Below the pieces are notes generated by a model. It did not search any database. It saw only the letters and a program-made list of their open reading frames with translations, and was not told the DNA's origin. Of a stretch of DNA of 40,662 bases, positions 9,669 through 19,433 are shown piece by piece. Made by a program: the position numbers and the translations under genes. Location of the stretch: NCBI GenBank assembly GCA_049472295.1, contig JBLIRM010000005.1:1-40662 (forward strand). The letters are read 5' to 3'. The stretch is from a bacterium. GTDB taxonomy: Bacteria; SZUA-182; DTGQ01; JAFGSM01. Positions within the stretch are counted from its first letter, which is position 1. Each line of letters starts with the position of its first letter.

Positions 9669-11225
9669 TCATGTCCCCAGCTTTTCTGCCATCACTGCCT
9701 GAATGGCCTGCTTTGCTACCTCCATATCATCAAAGGGGAATTCCTGTGAACCCACAATCTGCATCTTTTCATGACCTTTCCCTGCAATTACGACCATATC
9801 ACCCGACCTTGCCATACCTATGGCACGATAGATCGCATCCTTCCGATCCATGCATATCTCGTATTTCCCCTTTGACCCCTTTTCCGGAAAGCCTGTTTCA
9901 ATCTCATGCACAATCTTTTCAGGATCTTCACTTCTGGGATTATCAGATGTTATAATAGCCCAATCGCTGCCCATTGCCGCGGCTCTTCCCATCAGAGGCC
10001 GTTTGCCTTTGTCTCTGTCCCCACCGCAGCCGAATACACAAATAATACTCCCCTGAGTATGCCTTCGTAGTACAGAAAGCAGATTGGATAGCGCATCATC
10101 CGTATGTGCATAGTCGATCACTACGTCAAAATCCTGTCCCAACCTGATTTTCTCGAATCTTCCGGGAACACCCTTCATAAGTTTCAGACCTTCACGGACA
10201 TCCTGGATCTCCATACCAAATGCCATAGTCATGCATATGGCGGCAAGGATATTATATATATTTGGCCGGCCCATCAGGGGAGAACTCACAGAAAACGACT
10301 CCCAAGGGGTGATGACTGTGAATTCCAATCCATCGCCTTGATCCCGGATATCCATGGCAGTCACATCCGCCTCATACTCCAAACCATACGTAAAGGTAGA
10401 TGTTCTGAGAGATCCTTTGGACTTTCTGGTCTCCAGTATTCTTCTGGAGGCGGGATCGTCCATATTGAAAACGGCCACTCTATCCATGGGTGATCCTAAG
10501 GATGGATCATCCAGCATCTCAAATAGTCTGGCTTTGGCTTTACGGTATTCATCCTGGGAGATATGAAAATCCAGATGATCCTGGGTAATATTAGTTAAAA
10601 CCGCGGCATCGAAGGCACATCCCGCCACCCTGTCCAGCACGAGTGAGTGCGAGGACACCTCCACAACCGCCCATTGGCAGCCTGCATTGACCATTTGATG
10701 AAGCATGCGATGCAGATCGAGCGACTCAGGTGTGGTTCTCCGGGATGGAAGAATCTCTCGATCCACTCTATAATCCAATGTATTCATCCATCCTACCTTC
10801 TCACCCGAGGCCTCCAGAATCTTTGATATCAATGCACATGTGGTTGTCTTTCCATTGGTCCCTGTCACACCCGCAACATGTAACTGTCGGGATGGATGTC
10901 CATAGAATTCATCCGCTATGAACGCCAAAGCCAAACGCGAGTCGGATACCAGACAGGATGCATTTTCCCCATTCATCCATTCCTTTTCGAGGCTGTCCTC
11001 CCAGATCCTTTTGTCTTCCAGGACTGCGGCACATGCACCTTTTTCCATAGCATCCTTCAGATATTGATGGCCATCGGTCTTAAATCCCTTAATGGCAACA
11101 AATAGATCCCCGGGTTTGACCTGCCGGGAATCGTAACAAAGCCCCCTCACCCGAATATCCATATTTCCTCTAAAGGCCTTTGGATTTAAGGGCCTGATCA
11201 ATTCTCCCATGCGTTTATCATTCAT
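9669..11225 (-). CDS. murE: UDP-N-acetylmuramoyl-L-alanyl-D-glutamate--meso-diaminopimelate ligase
   Basis: TGTNGKTT, EVSSH, DHLDFH, DYAHT and GCGGDRD motifs, plus the DNPR motif associated with meso-DAP specificity. Confidence 0.97.
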   Translation of the reverse strand: MNDKRMGELIRPLNPKAFRGNMDIRVRGLCYDSRQVKPGDLFVAIKGFKTDGHQYLKDAMEKGACAAVLEDKRIWEDSLEKEWMNGENASCLVSDSRLALAFIADEFYGHPSRQLHVAGVTGTNGKTTTCALISKILEASGEKVGWMNTLDYRVDREILPSRRTTPESLDLHRMLHQMVNAGCQWAVVEVSSHSLVLDRVAGCAFDAAVLTNITQDHLDFHISQDEYRKAKARLFEMLDDPSLGSPMDRVAVFNMDDPASRRILETRKSKGSLRTSTFTYGLEYEADVTAMDIRDQGDGLEFTVITPWESFSVSSPLMGRPNIYNILAAICMTMAFGMEIQDVREGLKLMKGVPGRFEKIRLGQDFDVVIDYAHTDDALSNLLSVLRRHTQGSIICVFGCGGDRDKGKRPLMGRAAAMGSDWAIITSDNPRSEDPEKIVHEIETGFPEKGSKGKYEICMDRKDAIYRAIGMARSGDMVVIAGKGHEKMQIVGSQEFPFDDMEVAKQAIQAVMAEKLGT

Positions 11226-11241
11226 ATATCGATATCACCTT

Positions 11242-13008
11242 TTAAAGCCTGGCTGTAATGGTCAGGTGCCTTCGCACAGGCAAATCTTTTTCCACAGGAG
11301 GGATATGCAGATAATTGATCACCTTCTCCGCCACTTCACTGAATATGGGTGCGGCCACTTCTCCCCCCCAACAGGCGGACCGCGGCTGATAAACCATCAC
11401 CAACATCGCCCATCTGGCAGTTGAATCAGGGAAAAATCCGATAAAAGAGGTCAGGAAATCATCATGGGAATATTCCCCGGTGGCCTTATCCAACATTTGC
11501 GCAGTCCCTGTTTTGCCGCCAATCCAATATCCTGGGACATCGGCATTCACTCCTGTGCCGCGGCTCACTACACTGTTTAGAATCTCCTTTATCTGTTGAC
11601 TGGTCTTTTCATTAACGACCTGTCTTTTCATCCTCGGTGTCTGTTCAAATAAAAGGTTTCCATTCGCGTTTCTGACCTCTTTCAGTACAAAGGGCATCAT
11701 CAACCGCCCTCCGTTCACCAGAGCTGAAAAGGCAGTAATCATTTGAATTGGGGTTACTGAAATCTCCTGCCCGATTGCCATGGATGCCAGAGACAAACCG
11801 GACCAATCTTCAGGGGAGCGCAATATTCCCCTTGATTCTCCCGGAAAATCAATGCCTGTTTTTTCTCCGAAACCGAAAGCCTTTATATATTGGTAATATT
11901 TTGTTTTACCCAATTTTCCCGCACATTTGATTGCACCGATGTTACTGGACTTTTCCAGGATCTGTTTGAAACTCAGCCACCCGAATTTCTTATGGTCCCT
12001 GATCCGCTTATCCGCCACTTTCATGGACCCCTTTTCACAATAAATCAGGCTGTCTGTCTGGATCATTTCCTCTTCAAGGAGTGCTGCAGCCCAGAATATC
12101 TTGAAGATGGAACCGGGCTCGTAGATATCGGTGACACATCGGTTTCGCCAGAAATGTTTGGGATAATCAAAAAAATGATTGGGGTTGTATCCGGGCCAAT
12201 TGGCAAGGGCATGGATCTCTCCGGTATAGGTATCCATAATGATCAGCACACCATGACGGGCCTCAACCTTTTTACATGCCCTTCTCAAAGCATCCTCTGC
12301 AAGATATTGCATGACCAGATCTATGGTCAGAAACAGATCACATTCCTTGGTTTCATAAAGATAATAGGGCTCCAGTCTTTCGGAAAAGCCATGGGGATAA
12401 AGATCGGCATAAGGGAAATCCTTGGGATAGACATCGGTCCCGGTATCCAAAAGCTTGTTAAAAAAGTATTCCAATCCTTCCAGACCATTTCCGTCAGTAC
12501 CAACGAATCCCAAGACCTGAGCAGCCAGCTCCGAATTCGGATAATACCTTTCCGGTTCCATAACGAAATCGATTTCATTGAGATTTAAATGCATTAGAGA
12601 ATCCTTCTGAGAGGGGTTCAGTTTTCTCTTGATCCAAACAAAACCCTTGTCTTTTTGAAATGCCTCTTTGATCTGCTTTATATTCACCCAGCGAAAACAG
12701 GAAAGGGCTCTCAGTGCACCCTTTGGATCCTCGGAACGCCTTGTGATGAGGTATGCCGAAGGGGCTTGAATACTAAGGGCCATTTCTTTTCCCCAACGGT
12801 CATAAATACCGCCCCTGGGCACACCGGTTTCAAAGGCGATCTTTTCCCTGACAATAGCCATAGAGTTCAGTTCAGAATGTTTGATCACTTGAAGGTGATA
12901 GAGACGGCAAATCAAGGTTACGCTGCAAAGGCAGAAAAAGGCAAAAAGAATATGTATCCTTCTGCGATTCATTTTTGATTCAATTCTTTTTTTCTGTTGT
13001 TTTCGCAT
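11242..13008 (-). CDS. ftsI: Class B penicillin-binding protein (FtsI/PBP3)
   Basis: N-terminal TM anchor; RGGIYDR, RYYP and GLEGLE motifs; transpeptidase motifs EPGSIFK (SxxK), SSN and KTG. Confidence 0.95.
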   Translation of the reverse strand: MRKQQKKRIESKMNRRRIHILFAFFCLCSVTLICRLYHLQVIKHSELNSMAIVREKIAFETGVPRGGIYDRWGKEMALSIQAPSAYLITRRSEDPKGALRALSCFRWVNIKQIKEAFQKDKGFVWIKRKLNPSQKDSLMHLNLNEIDFVMEPERYYPNSELAAQVLGFVGTDGNGLEGLEYFFNKLLDTGTDVYPKDFPYADLYPHGFSERLEPYYLYETKECDLFLTIDLVMQYLAEDALRRACKKVEARHGVLIIMDTYTGEIHALANWPGYNPNHFFDYPKHFWRNRCVTDIYEPGSIFKIFWAAALLEEEMIQTDSLIYCEKGSMKVADKRIRDHKKFGWLSFKQILEKSSNIGAIKCAGKLGKTKYYQYIKAFGFGEKTGIDFPGESRGILRSPEDWSGLSLASMAIGQEISVTPIQMITAFSALVNGGRLMMPFVLKEVRNANGNLLFEQTPRMKRQVVNEKTSQQIKEILNSVVSRGTGVNADVPGYWIGGKTGTAQMLDKATGEYSHDDFLTSFIGFFPDSTARWAMLVMVYQPRSACWGGEVAAPIFSEVAEKVINYLHIPPVEKDLPVRRHLTITARL

Positions 13009-13315
13009 TAAAAAAAACCAATTGATCGGTTTCGGGTTCCACGAGCCCCAGATTATGTCTGGCCTCTCTATCGATGCGAGTGAAGGATCGTAAAAATCCT
13101 CGCTCCAGTCGCAGGCTATGATTCACCTGTTTAAGCATTGCCCTGGAATGAATAAGACTTTCGACCTCACCTTCAATCCTGACCTTCTGAATGGATTGAC
13201 ATATATATAACAAAACCATGGCAAAAAAGATGATCAGAACCAAGGTATATCCAAATGCCCTTATGAATTCCCCTGGGTCCAGATCTCTGTGAATCTTATA
13301 ATTTCTCAATGACAT
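12980..13315 (-). CDS. ftsL: Cell division protein FtsL
   Basis: Single TM followed by a coiled coil and a RIDREARHNLGLVEP tail; position between rsmH and ftsI. Confidence 0.85.
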   Translation of the reverse strand: MSLRNYKIHRDLDPGEFIRAFGYTLVLIIFFAMVLLYICQSIQKVRIEGEVESLIHSRAMLKQVNHSLRLERGFLRSFTRIDREARHNLGLVEPETDQLVFFNAKTTEKKN

Positions 13316-14247
13316 TCAGCAGCCCTCAGTCTGGCACTCCTGGATCTCGGATTCATCCTAACCTCTTCCAAGGATGGCCTTAGAGGTTTTTTGGTCAATA
13401 CTTCCACCATCCTGTGCTCAGACAATCCATGATGTGTTTTGGCTCGATCACGAAAATTGCGTTTGACCAGACCATCTTCCAGGGAATGAAAAGAGATGAT
13501 GCACAACCTTCCTCCGCGTTTCAGGCATCCCCATACAACTTCCAGAAATTGGACGAGGTTCTCCAATTCTTGATTTACTTCCATTCTTAAAGCCTGAAAT
13601 GTCCTGGTAGCCGGATGTATTCTCCATTTCCCCTTTGATCTGGGAACGGCAGAACATATGATACGAACGAGATGTGCTGTTGATTCAATCGGGGTCTTTT
13701 TTCTCTCCGCTACAATCCTTCCTGCAATCCGACGAGCCCATCTCTCCTGCCCATATTTCCAGATGATTTCTGCAAGTCTGGATTCCGGATATTGATTGAT
13801 AATCTGTGATGCCTTTCTCCTCCCATGAATATCGAAATTCATACCAAGGGGCTCATCACGAAGAAAGCTGAATCCCCTTCCGCTGTCATCAAGCTGAAGA
13901 GAAGAAACCCCAAGATCAAGGAGAACCCCGTCTATTTCTGATAGGTTTTGAGACGCCAGGATTGAGGGGAGATCCTTATAATTTCCCTGCACCAATATGG
14001 CCCTATCCCCAAATTCGGCCAGTCTTTCCCTTGCTGCTGCAAGGGCCTTGGAATCCATATCGATGCCCAGAAGCATACCATCCGGAGAGGTGACATCCAG
14101 TATGTTCCTTGCGTGCCCCCCCAGACCGATCGTTCCGTCACAATAAATTCTTCCCGGAAGACAATTCAGGTAATGGATGACCTGATCTGTCATGACAGGT
14201 GTATGCATCCCCTTTGTTTCTCCCCTCAATTCTACGGGACCTTTCAT
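13306..14247 (-). CDS. rsmH: 16S rRNA m4C1402 methyltransferase RsmH (MraW)
   Basis: HTPVM, DGTIGLGGHA, DLGVSSLQLD, HPATRTFQALR, ISFHSLED and NPRSRSARLR motifs. Confidence 0.98.
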   Translation of the reverse strand: MKGPVELRGETKGMHTPVMTDQVIHYLNCLPGRIYCDGTIGLGGHARNILDVTSPDGMLLGIDMDSKALAAARERLAEFGDRAILVQGNYKDLPSILASQNLSEIDGVLLDLGVSSLQLDDSGRGFSFLRDEPLGMNFDIHGRRKASQIINQYPESRLAEIIWKYGQERWARRIAGRIVAERKKTPIESTAHLVRIICSAVPRSKGKWRIHPATRTFQALRMEVNQELENLVQFLEVVWGCLKRGGRLCIISFHSLEDGLVKRNFRDRAKTHHGLSEHRMVEVLTKKPLRPSLEEVRMNPRSRSARLRAAECH

Positions 14248-14298
14248 CCATCATGATATTCAAAAGGGAGCCAGAATCATTCAACAGAGCCAGATATG

Positions 14299-14748
14299 TC
14301 ACACCCCATAGTCAGCGACCTTTTCCATGAGACTGGACATGCTCCCTTCAATCTCTCTTTCCTTCTCCATCCACTTTTCTAAAGGCCAAATCTCAAAGTG
14401 GTCCATCACACCGACAATGGCCACCCGACTATTGATCTCACATTTTTTCCTCATATGGGGGGGGACCAGAATTCGTCCGGAGCGGTCCATGCTGCAATCA
14501 CAAGCCCTTGAATACTGAGCTCGCAAAAACATCAAGACCTCTCTGTTGCGAGAGGGCAAAAGTCGTAATTTCTCCTCCTTTTTATTCCATTCCTGAAGAG
14601 GATACACCTCAATGCAATCCTCCAATATCGTCAGATATAATTCACCACCACCATATTCCTTATTCAATATATCCCGCATTCGCGTAGGAATGCTCAATCT
14701 GCCTTTTTGGTCAACTGTGTGTTCGTAAGTTCCCTTAAAACTTGGCAT
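14299..14748 (-). CDS. mraZ: Transcriptional regulator MraZ
   Basis: FKGTYEHTVDQKGRLSIP and DRSGRILVP SpoVT-AbrB repeats and GVMDHFEIW; first gene of the dcw cluster; ATG at 14748. Confidence 0.96.
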   Translation of the reverse strand: MPSFKGTYEHTVDQKGRLSIPTRMRDILNKEYGGGELYLTILEDCIEVYPLQEWNKKEEKLRLLPSRNREVLMFLRAQYSRACDCSMDRSGRILVPPHMRKKCEINSRVAIVGVMDHFEIWPLEKWMEKEREIEGSMSSLMEKVADYGV

Positions 14749-14801
14749 GATTATCAATTATCCCCGAATTGGGAGGCTTAAGGGCCATCGCCCCCCTTTG
14801 T

Positions 14802-14849
14802 CCCACTTTTAGACAATTTTATCCCACTTTCTGCCACAACATAACCCAC
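14802..14849 (-). promoter_or_regulatory. MraZ-type direct-repeat operator (GTGGG/GTGGC boxes)
   Basis: Minus-strand GTGGG at 14849-45, 14827-23 and 14806-02, and GTGGC at 14837-33, roughly helically phased over the promoter. MraZ is known to bind TGGG/GTGG repeats upstream of its own gene. Confidence 0.75.
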
Positions 14850-14866
14850 TCCGATTTTTTTGTCAA
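14838..14866 (-). promoter_or_regulatory. sigma70 promoter of the mraZ/dcw operon
   Basis: Minus strand TTGACA (14866-14861), 17-nt spacer, TATGTT (14843-14838). Confidence 0.8.
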
Positions 14867-15035
14867 GAGGTCAATTTATATTCTTTTATATAAAAGAAAA
14901 TTTATGCTTTTATGACATAATAAATTTAAATTAATTATTTTTTTTTACTATAAAATATATTTTTTTCAAAAGGCCCTTTTTCTTATCCATGGGCCTTTCT
15001 TGCGTTTTTTCAGGTAAAAAATTTGACAATGACCA

Positions 15036-15788
15036 ATGGCATCACCTAAGATCAAAAACATGGATATGCCTTCTGAAAAAATAGGAAAGCTGTTTGTGAT
15101 CAGCACCCCCATTGGTCATCTGGACGATATCACCTACCGGGCGCTCGAGATCCTGAAGTCTGTGGACAGGATCGCTGCGGAAGATACTCGCAGGACAAAG
15201 CTGCTTCTGAAGAAATATAACATTGCCAAGCCCTTGATCAGCTATCACGACTTCAATAAAGAAAAAAGGGCCACTTCCATTATTCAACACATCTTATGCG
15301 GGGAGTCCATTGCCCTGGTCTCTGATGCAGGCACCCCTGGGGTATCAGACCCCGGTTATCGCCTGATCAGAAAGGCAATTGATGAATGCATTTCGGTCAT
15401 TCCCATACCCGGCCCATCTGCAATCCTGGCAGGCCTTTCAGCTTCGGGCCTGCCTACGGACCGTTTCGTGTTCGAGGGTTTTATGGAGGCCAGGGGTTCC
15501 AGACGGGAAAAACAGATCGAAAGGTTAAAGGAGGAAGAAAGAACCATTGTCATGTTTGAATCCCCTTATCGAATCCTGAAAAGCATGGAAGCCATTTTAA
15601 ACATTATGGGCAATCGGCAGATTTGTGTGGCCAGGGAATTAACAAAGATATATGAGGAATGGATCAGGGGAGATGTGAAAGAGGTTCTGGATCAACTCAA
15701 AAAACGAAAAAGCATCAAAGGGGAGATTACTCTTATCATCCAGGGGAAAGGCAAGAGGACAAAGAAGGGGAATGATCCGATCTCTTGA
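15036..15788 (+). CDS. rsmI: 16S rRNA C1402 2'-O-methyltransferase RsmI
   Basis: LFVISTPIGHLDDIT, AEDTR, VSDAGTPGVSDPG, PIPGPSA, FESPYRI and VARELTK motifs. Confidence 0.97.
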   Translation: MASPKIKNMDMPSEKIGKLFVISTPIGHLDDITYRALEILKSVDRIAAEDTRRTKLLLKKYNIAKPLISYHDFNKEKRATSIIQHILCGESIALVSDAGTPGVSDPGYRLIRKAIDECISVIPIPGPSAILAGLSASGLPTDRFVFEGFMEARGSRREKQIERLKEEERTIVMFESPYRILKSMEAILNIMGNRQICVARELTKIYEEWIRGDVKEVLDQLKKRKSIKGEITLIIQGKGKRTKKGNDPIS

Positions 15789-15789
15789 T

Positions 15790-15876
15790 GTCATTCTGCG
15801 GCATGAAATGCGAGGCAATCCGAGATTGCTTCGGGCCGCGTCCTCTATTAGACAAACAATACACCCTCGTAATGAC
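15790..15876. repeat. REP-like palindromic element between convergent rsmI and glucokinase genes
   Basis: GTCATT...GAGGCAATCCGAGATTGCTTC...CGTAATGAC with nested inverted repeats. Shares GTCAT, GAGATTGCTTCG and AATGAC with the core of the element at 20229-20419. Confidence 0.6.
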
Positions 15877-15911
15877 AAAGTCATGGCTGTCATAAAACCC
15901 TCAATGACTCT

Positions 15912-16898
15912 TTATGAGGGTGCCAAACCCAAGGATCGGAGCACCAGCCCGCATGCCCCTATCAGGCCCGCGTCATTGCCCAATTTTGCGGGCACAACCC
16001 TTATCCTTTCAGCCGGTTCTTTAAGGGCCCTTAACTTGATCTCATCCATCATGGCAGGATAAAAGAAATCCCAGGCCTGACTCGCCCCACCCCCGATGAT
16101 GAAAATCTCCGGATTCAATATATTGATCAGGCTTCCTATGGCCAACCCCAGATAAGTACCTGTCTCGCGAAAGATCTCTTCTGCCAGTTTGTTCCCTGCG
16201 AGTGCCGCTTGAAAGATCTTCTCTGAGGTCAATTCCGAGGAATTTTCGATCTCTGCCATCTCAAGAAGGTTATTCTCAGGATGACGGGGCATACTCTCAA
16301 TGGTCCGATTGACAATTGCCGTGGCTGATGCATATGACTCGAGGCAACCTCTGTTTCCACAGGAGCACCTTCTGCCATCCGGTACAATCGTCATGTGTCC
16401 GATCTCTCCTGCCATACCTTCGGAACCATGCCAGAGAAGGCCATCCAGTATGATTCCCCCACCGACGCCTGTCCCCAGAGTCAAACCGATCAGGCTCCTT
16501 TTCCCTATACCTGCTCCCGCCCACTGTTCACCAAATATGGCAGCATTGGCATCATTATCCAGAATCACAGGCACACAAAACCTGCTGGATATGATGTCCC
16601 TGATAGGGACGTTCCGCCATCCGGGAAAATTAGGGGAACTGACAATCTCCCCTTCCGAGATATCTATTATCCCTGCAGCCCCGATTCCAATCCCCTTAAA
16701 ATCCGCTGATGGATATCGCTCCATCAATTCCCGGATCACGTGACATAGGCGTTCAACTACCCGGTCCTCTCCCTCGTTGACCAGGGTGGGAACAAATTTT
16801 CTTGCCAGAACCGCACCCTTTGAGTCCACAATACCGGCATGAATATTGGTGCCACCCAGATCAACACCTATAAAATATGGTAATTGTCGATCAATCAT
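15912..16898 (-). CDS. glk: ROK-family sugar kinase (glucokinase-like)
   Basis: IGVDLGGTN, DNDANAA, TLGTGVGGG, GEIGHM, CSCGNRGCLE and LGNDAGLIGA motifs. ATG at 16898 is supported by the paralogous copy at 19259. Confidence 0.9.
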   Translation of the reverse strand: MIDRQLPYFIGVDLGGTNIHAGIVDSKGAVLARKFVPTLVNEGEDRVVERLCHVIRELMERYPSADFKGIGIGAAGIIDISEGEIVSSPNFPGWRNVPIRDIISSRFCVPVILDNDANAAIFGEQWAGAGIGKRSLIGLTLGTGVGGGIILDGLLWHGSEGMAGEIGHMTIVPDGRRCSCGNRGCLESYASATAIVNRTIESMPRHPENNLLEMAEIENSSELTSEKIFQAALAGNKLAEEIFRETGTYLGLAIGSLINILNPEIFIIGGGASQAWDFFYPAMMDEIKLRALKEPAERIRVVPAKLGNDAGLIGACGLVLRSLGLAPS

Positions 16899-16967
16899 AG
16901 AAATCCCTGCATCGCATTGATCAGTATCCACTTATCCAATGCAAATAAGCTGTCCATATCATCATCC
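16712..16967. repeat. 256-bp direct repeat, copy 1 (5' end of glk plus upstream)
   Basis: Aligns without indels to 19073-19328 (offset 2361), with scattered substitutions. Confidence 0.92.
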
Positions 16968-17044
16968 TTGAAAAGGAGAATTCTTTGAGTACGACTTGAA
17001 CCAATTCTTTGGTAATCAAAGAGATTCAGTTTATTATTCGCTTC

Positions 17045-18895
17045 TTAATTCCCGGAATTGCCAACTTTTTCCCCTTTTGATTCTTCTCTGGATACAGGTG
17101 AAAGACCAAAAGATAGATTATTGGCTCCGAGGATAGCAGCAGCCCCTTCTAATGAGCCTATTCCATCCTTTCCCATGACCAAGATATCGGGATATTGTAC
17201 GATTTCAGGATTTTCATTCGCGGCCGCAAGTATTTTTTCTATTTTAGCCAATTCATAAGTCCTTTGAGGGCCGAGTACCTGCAATAAAGCCTTTTCTCCT
17301 CTGGCAACCGCTTTCTTACGAAGTTCTTCTCCTTCTCCCAGTAGGCGTTTTTCCTCTTTGATTTTCTCAGCACGCAGTTTTCTGATCATTGCTTCCATAA
17401 GATTTGCCTGCTGGTCGGCTTCGGCCCGGGCCTTCTCCGCATCGATACGCTTTAATTGAGCATCCTTTTCCTTTATAAAGGTCTTTTGAAGCTCATTCGC
17501 CAATTGACTCCGTTTGCCGGGTATAAGGAGTTCCGGCGGGGGGAGAGGGTCGCCAAACATCACCTCTCGGATGATGATCCCTGCTTTTGCCCCTTCCGGT
17601 TTGATCGCCTCTTCAACCGCATCTTCCAACTCCGATCGCTGATAAAGCAGCTCCATGACCTTGCGGTCCCTATGTCCTGCAACATTTCTGACGACACTTC
17701 GATATGCAGGCGTGATGATCTTATCCTCCACCTCTTGGCTACCACCTACTGAAGCGATGACATAAGGGGCATTATCAGGAGTCACTTGCACAAGTACACG
17801 GGAATCGAGGAAGATATCCCAGTCTTCGACTCGAATGACCGTAGCAACATCCGCTGCATTTTCCGGTCGCTTGACTTCTTCTTCACGGACTGTTTGGGTT
17901 ATGGACCCTTCCTGATCAATGCTTAAATCGATCCATCGCCTTTGATAACCCCCCACATACAGCCAGGTTTGAATCCTTGTATCGACTCTGACCACATTAT
18001 AGGCTAAACGATTAAAATAGTAACTGCCCGGCAATAAGACCTCTTGCCAGATCCCTATATGATCTCTGGGTACCAGGGGAACCGATAAGGTTTCAAATGC
18101 CATTTTTCTCGCTTCAGCTTCGACGATCACATCATCAAGGTCTTCGTCTTTTTTATCTATTTTAAGCAGGGCCTTTACTGCCTCTATCTTATATGCGTCT
18201 ATCACACTTTGAGGGACAAGAGGCTTTCCGTGATATGCGGCTCCCACATTGCTCTTCACAACCCCCACAAATCCGGCAGGAATATCTTCGGCCTCTCCGA
18301 ATTCAAAATCAAAAAGATAACGATTGAGACGATACTCTCCGGGAGGCAGTACCGTGAGTTGTGGCCCTTTTTGCCCACGGGGAACAAAGGGGTCTTTCAT
18401 CCCTTGTTCATATCCCATAAAGAAGAGGGCATCCAAATATTTCTCAAAGTCTTCTTCCGGCCATTCATCTGCCAAAAATTGACCCTCACGAAGTGGCCTT
18501 CCATCCTTTGCAATTAATATGGCATAGTTACCCTCTCTTATCTTTAAGATATCCAATTCCTCAACTTTATATAGGAGATTTATGAGAGGATAAAGATGAA
18601 ATCCCGGAGGGAGGATTTTCGCTTGAGGCCCCTTTTCATTAGGCATAGCAATAATACGTCCCGGCCGCATCGGTTTCGCGAGATAAATTCTCTTGAGATG
18701 ACCAACCTTATCTGCATCGATAATGACAAAACTTGTTGAAAGGATAAAGAAGAATGCAATCAAAAAGCAAGATACGGCAATAAGCGCACGTATTGTGTTT
18801 TGTTCTTTATCACCTGCTTGTATTTTGATGAATCTCAGGAGTACGATCCCTGCAATAAGAAACAAGAATGCAAAAGTCATCCGAAACATTATCAT
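17045..18895 (-). CDS. SPFH/Band 7 domain membrane protein
   Basis: Two N-terminal TM helices, repeated KGPQ..ILPPG.Y..N.Y motifs, an SPFH core (VEDKIITPAYRSVVRNVAG...GIIIREVMFGDP) and a coiled-coil C-terminus; GAGGAGGA RBS. Confidence 0.8.
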   Translation of the reverse strand: MIMFRMTFAFLFLIAGIVLLRFIKIQAGDKEQNTIRALIAVSCFLIAFFFILSTSFVIIDADKVGHLKRIYLAKPMRPGRIIAMPNEKGPQAKILPPGFHLYPLINLLYKVEELDILKIREGNYAILIAKDGRPLREGQFLADEWPEEDFEKYLDALFFMGYEQGMKDPFVPRGQKGPQLTVLPPGEYRLNRYLFDFEFGEAEDIPAGFVGVVKSNVGAAYHGKPLVPQSVIDAYKIEAVKALLKIDKKDEDLDDVIVEAEARKMAFETLSVPLVPRDHIGIWQEVLLPGSYYFNRLAYNVVRVDTRIQTWLYVGGYQRRWIDLSIDQEGSITQTVREEEVKRPENAADVATVIRVEDWDIFLDSRVLVQVTPDNAPYVIASVGGSQEVEDKIITPAYRSVVRNVAGHRDRKVMELLYQRSELEDAVEEAIKPEGAKAGIIIREVMFGDPLPPPELLIPGKRSQLANELQKTFIKEKDAQLKRIDAEKARAEADQQANLMEAMIRKLRAEKIKEEKRLLGEGEELRKKAVARGEKALLQVLGPQRTYELAKIEKILAAANENPEIVQYPDILVMGKDGIGSLEGAAAILGANNLSFGLSPVSREESKGEKVGNSGN

Positions 18896-19072
18896 TCCTC
18901 CTCATTCTAGGTGTATTGATAATAAAAAGTTCTATCAAAATGACAGATTTTTGCATTCAAAACCCTCTCACACATCACAAGTGTTCCAAGAATTTCATCA
19001 ACTGGGCTCGGAAGAATCAACGACAAAAGGATTCTTTTTAGGAGCTCAATAACTTGGAGGATGCTATAATCC

Positions 19073-19259
19073 GATATCTTTCCATCAATTCCCGGATCAA
19101 ATTTCATAGCCATTCAATAGTCCGGTCCTCTCCCTCGTTGACCAGGGTGGGTACAAATTTTCTTGCCGGAACCGCACCCTTCGAGTTCACAATACCGGCA
19201 TGAATATTGGTGCCACCCAGATCAACACCTATAAAGTATGGTAATTGTTGATCAGTCAT
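19073..19259 (-). pseudogene. Truncated ROK glucokinase copy
   Basis: MTDQQLPYFIGVDLGGTNIHAGIVNSKGAVPARKFVPTLVNEGEDRTIEWL*NLIRELMERY; TGT changed to TGA relative to the intact glk. Confidence 0.9.
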
Positions 19260-19328
19260 GGTAATCCAAGTATCGCATTGATCAGTATCTCCTTATCCAA
19301 TGCAGGTATGCTCTCAATATCATCATCC
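19073..19328. repeat. 256-bp direct repeat, copy 2
   Basis: Matches 16712-16967; the two copies flank the SPFH gene. Confidence 0.92.
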
Positions 19329-19424
19329 AAGAAGATGCATAACTTCCTGTCAGCAATTATGGCATTTTTTACCATCTCTCCTATGCCATCGAGCCATCTC
19401 TTCTTTAGGCAGTGTCCTCAGTAA
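19256..19424 (-). pseudogene. aroB: Internal fragment of 3-dehydroquinate synthase
   Basis: LLRTLPKEE(frameshift)LDGIGEMVKNAIIADRKLCIFLDDDIESIPALDKEILINAI resembles the AroB segment L.TLP..E...G.AE..K...I.D. Confidence 0.72.
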
Positions 19425-19433
19425 AAGCTGCCA

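Noticed and set aside
14983-14991. DnaA box / replication origin in the mraZ-rsmI gap
   Set aside because: Only a single imperfect box (TTATCCATG), with no cluster of boxes and no dnaA/dnaN context.
16712-19328. DGR-like TR/VR pair between the two glk 5' copies
   Set aside because: Mismatches involve all bases, the region is an N-terminal enzyme segment, and there is no reverse transcriptase.
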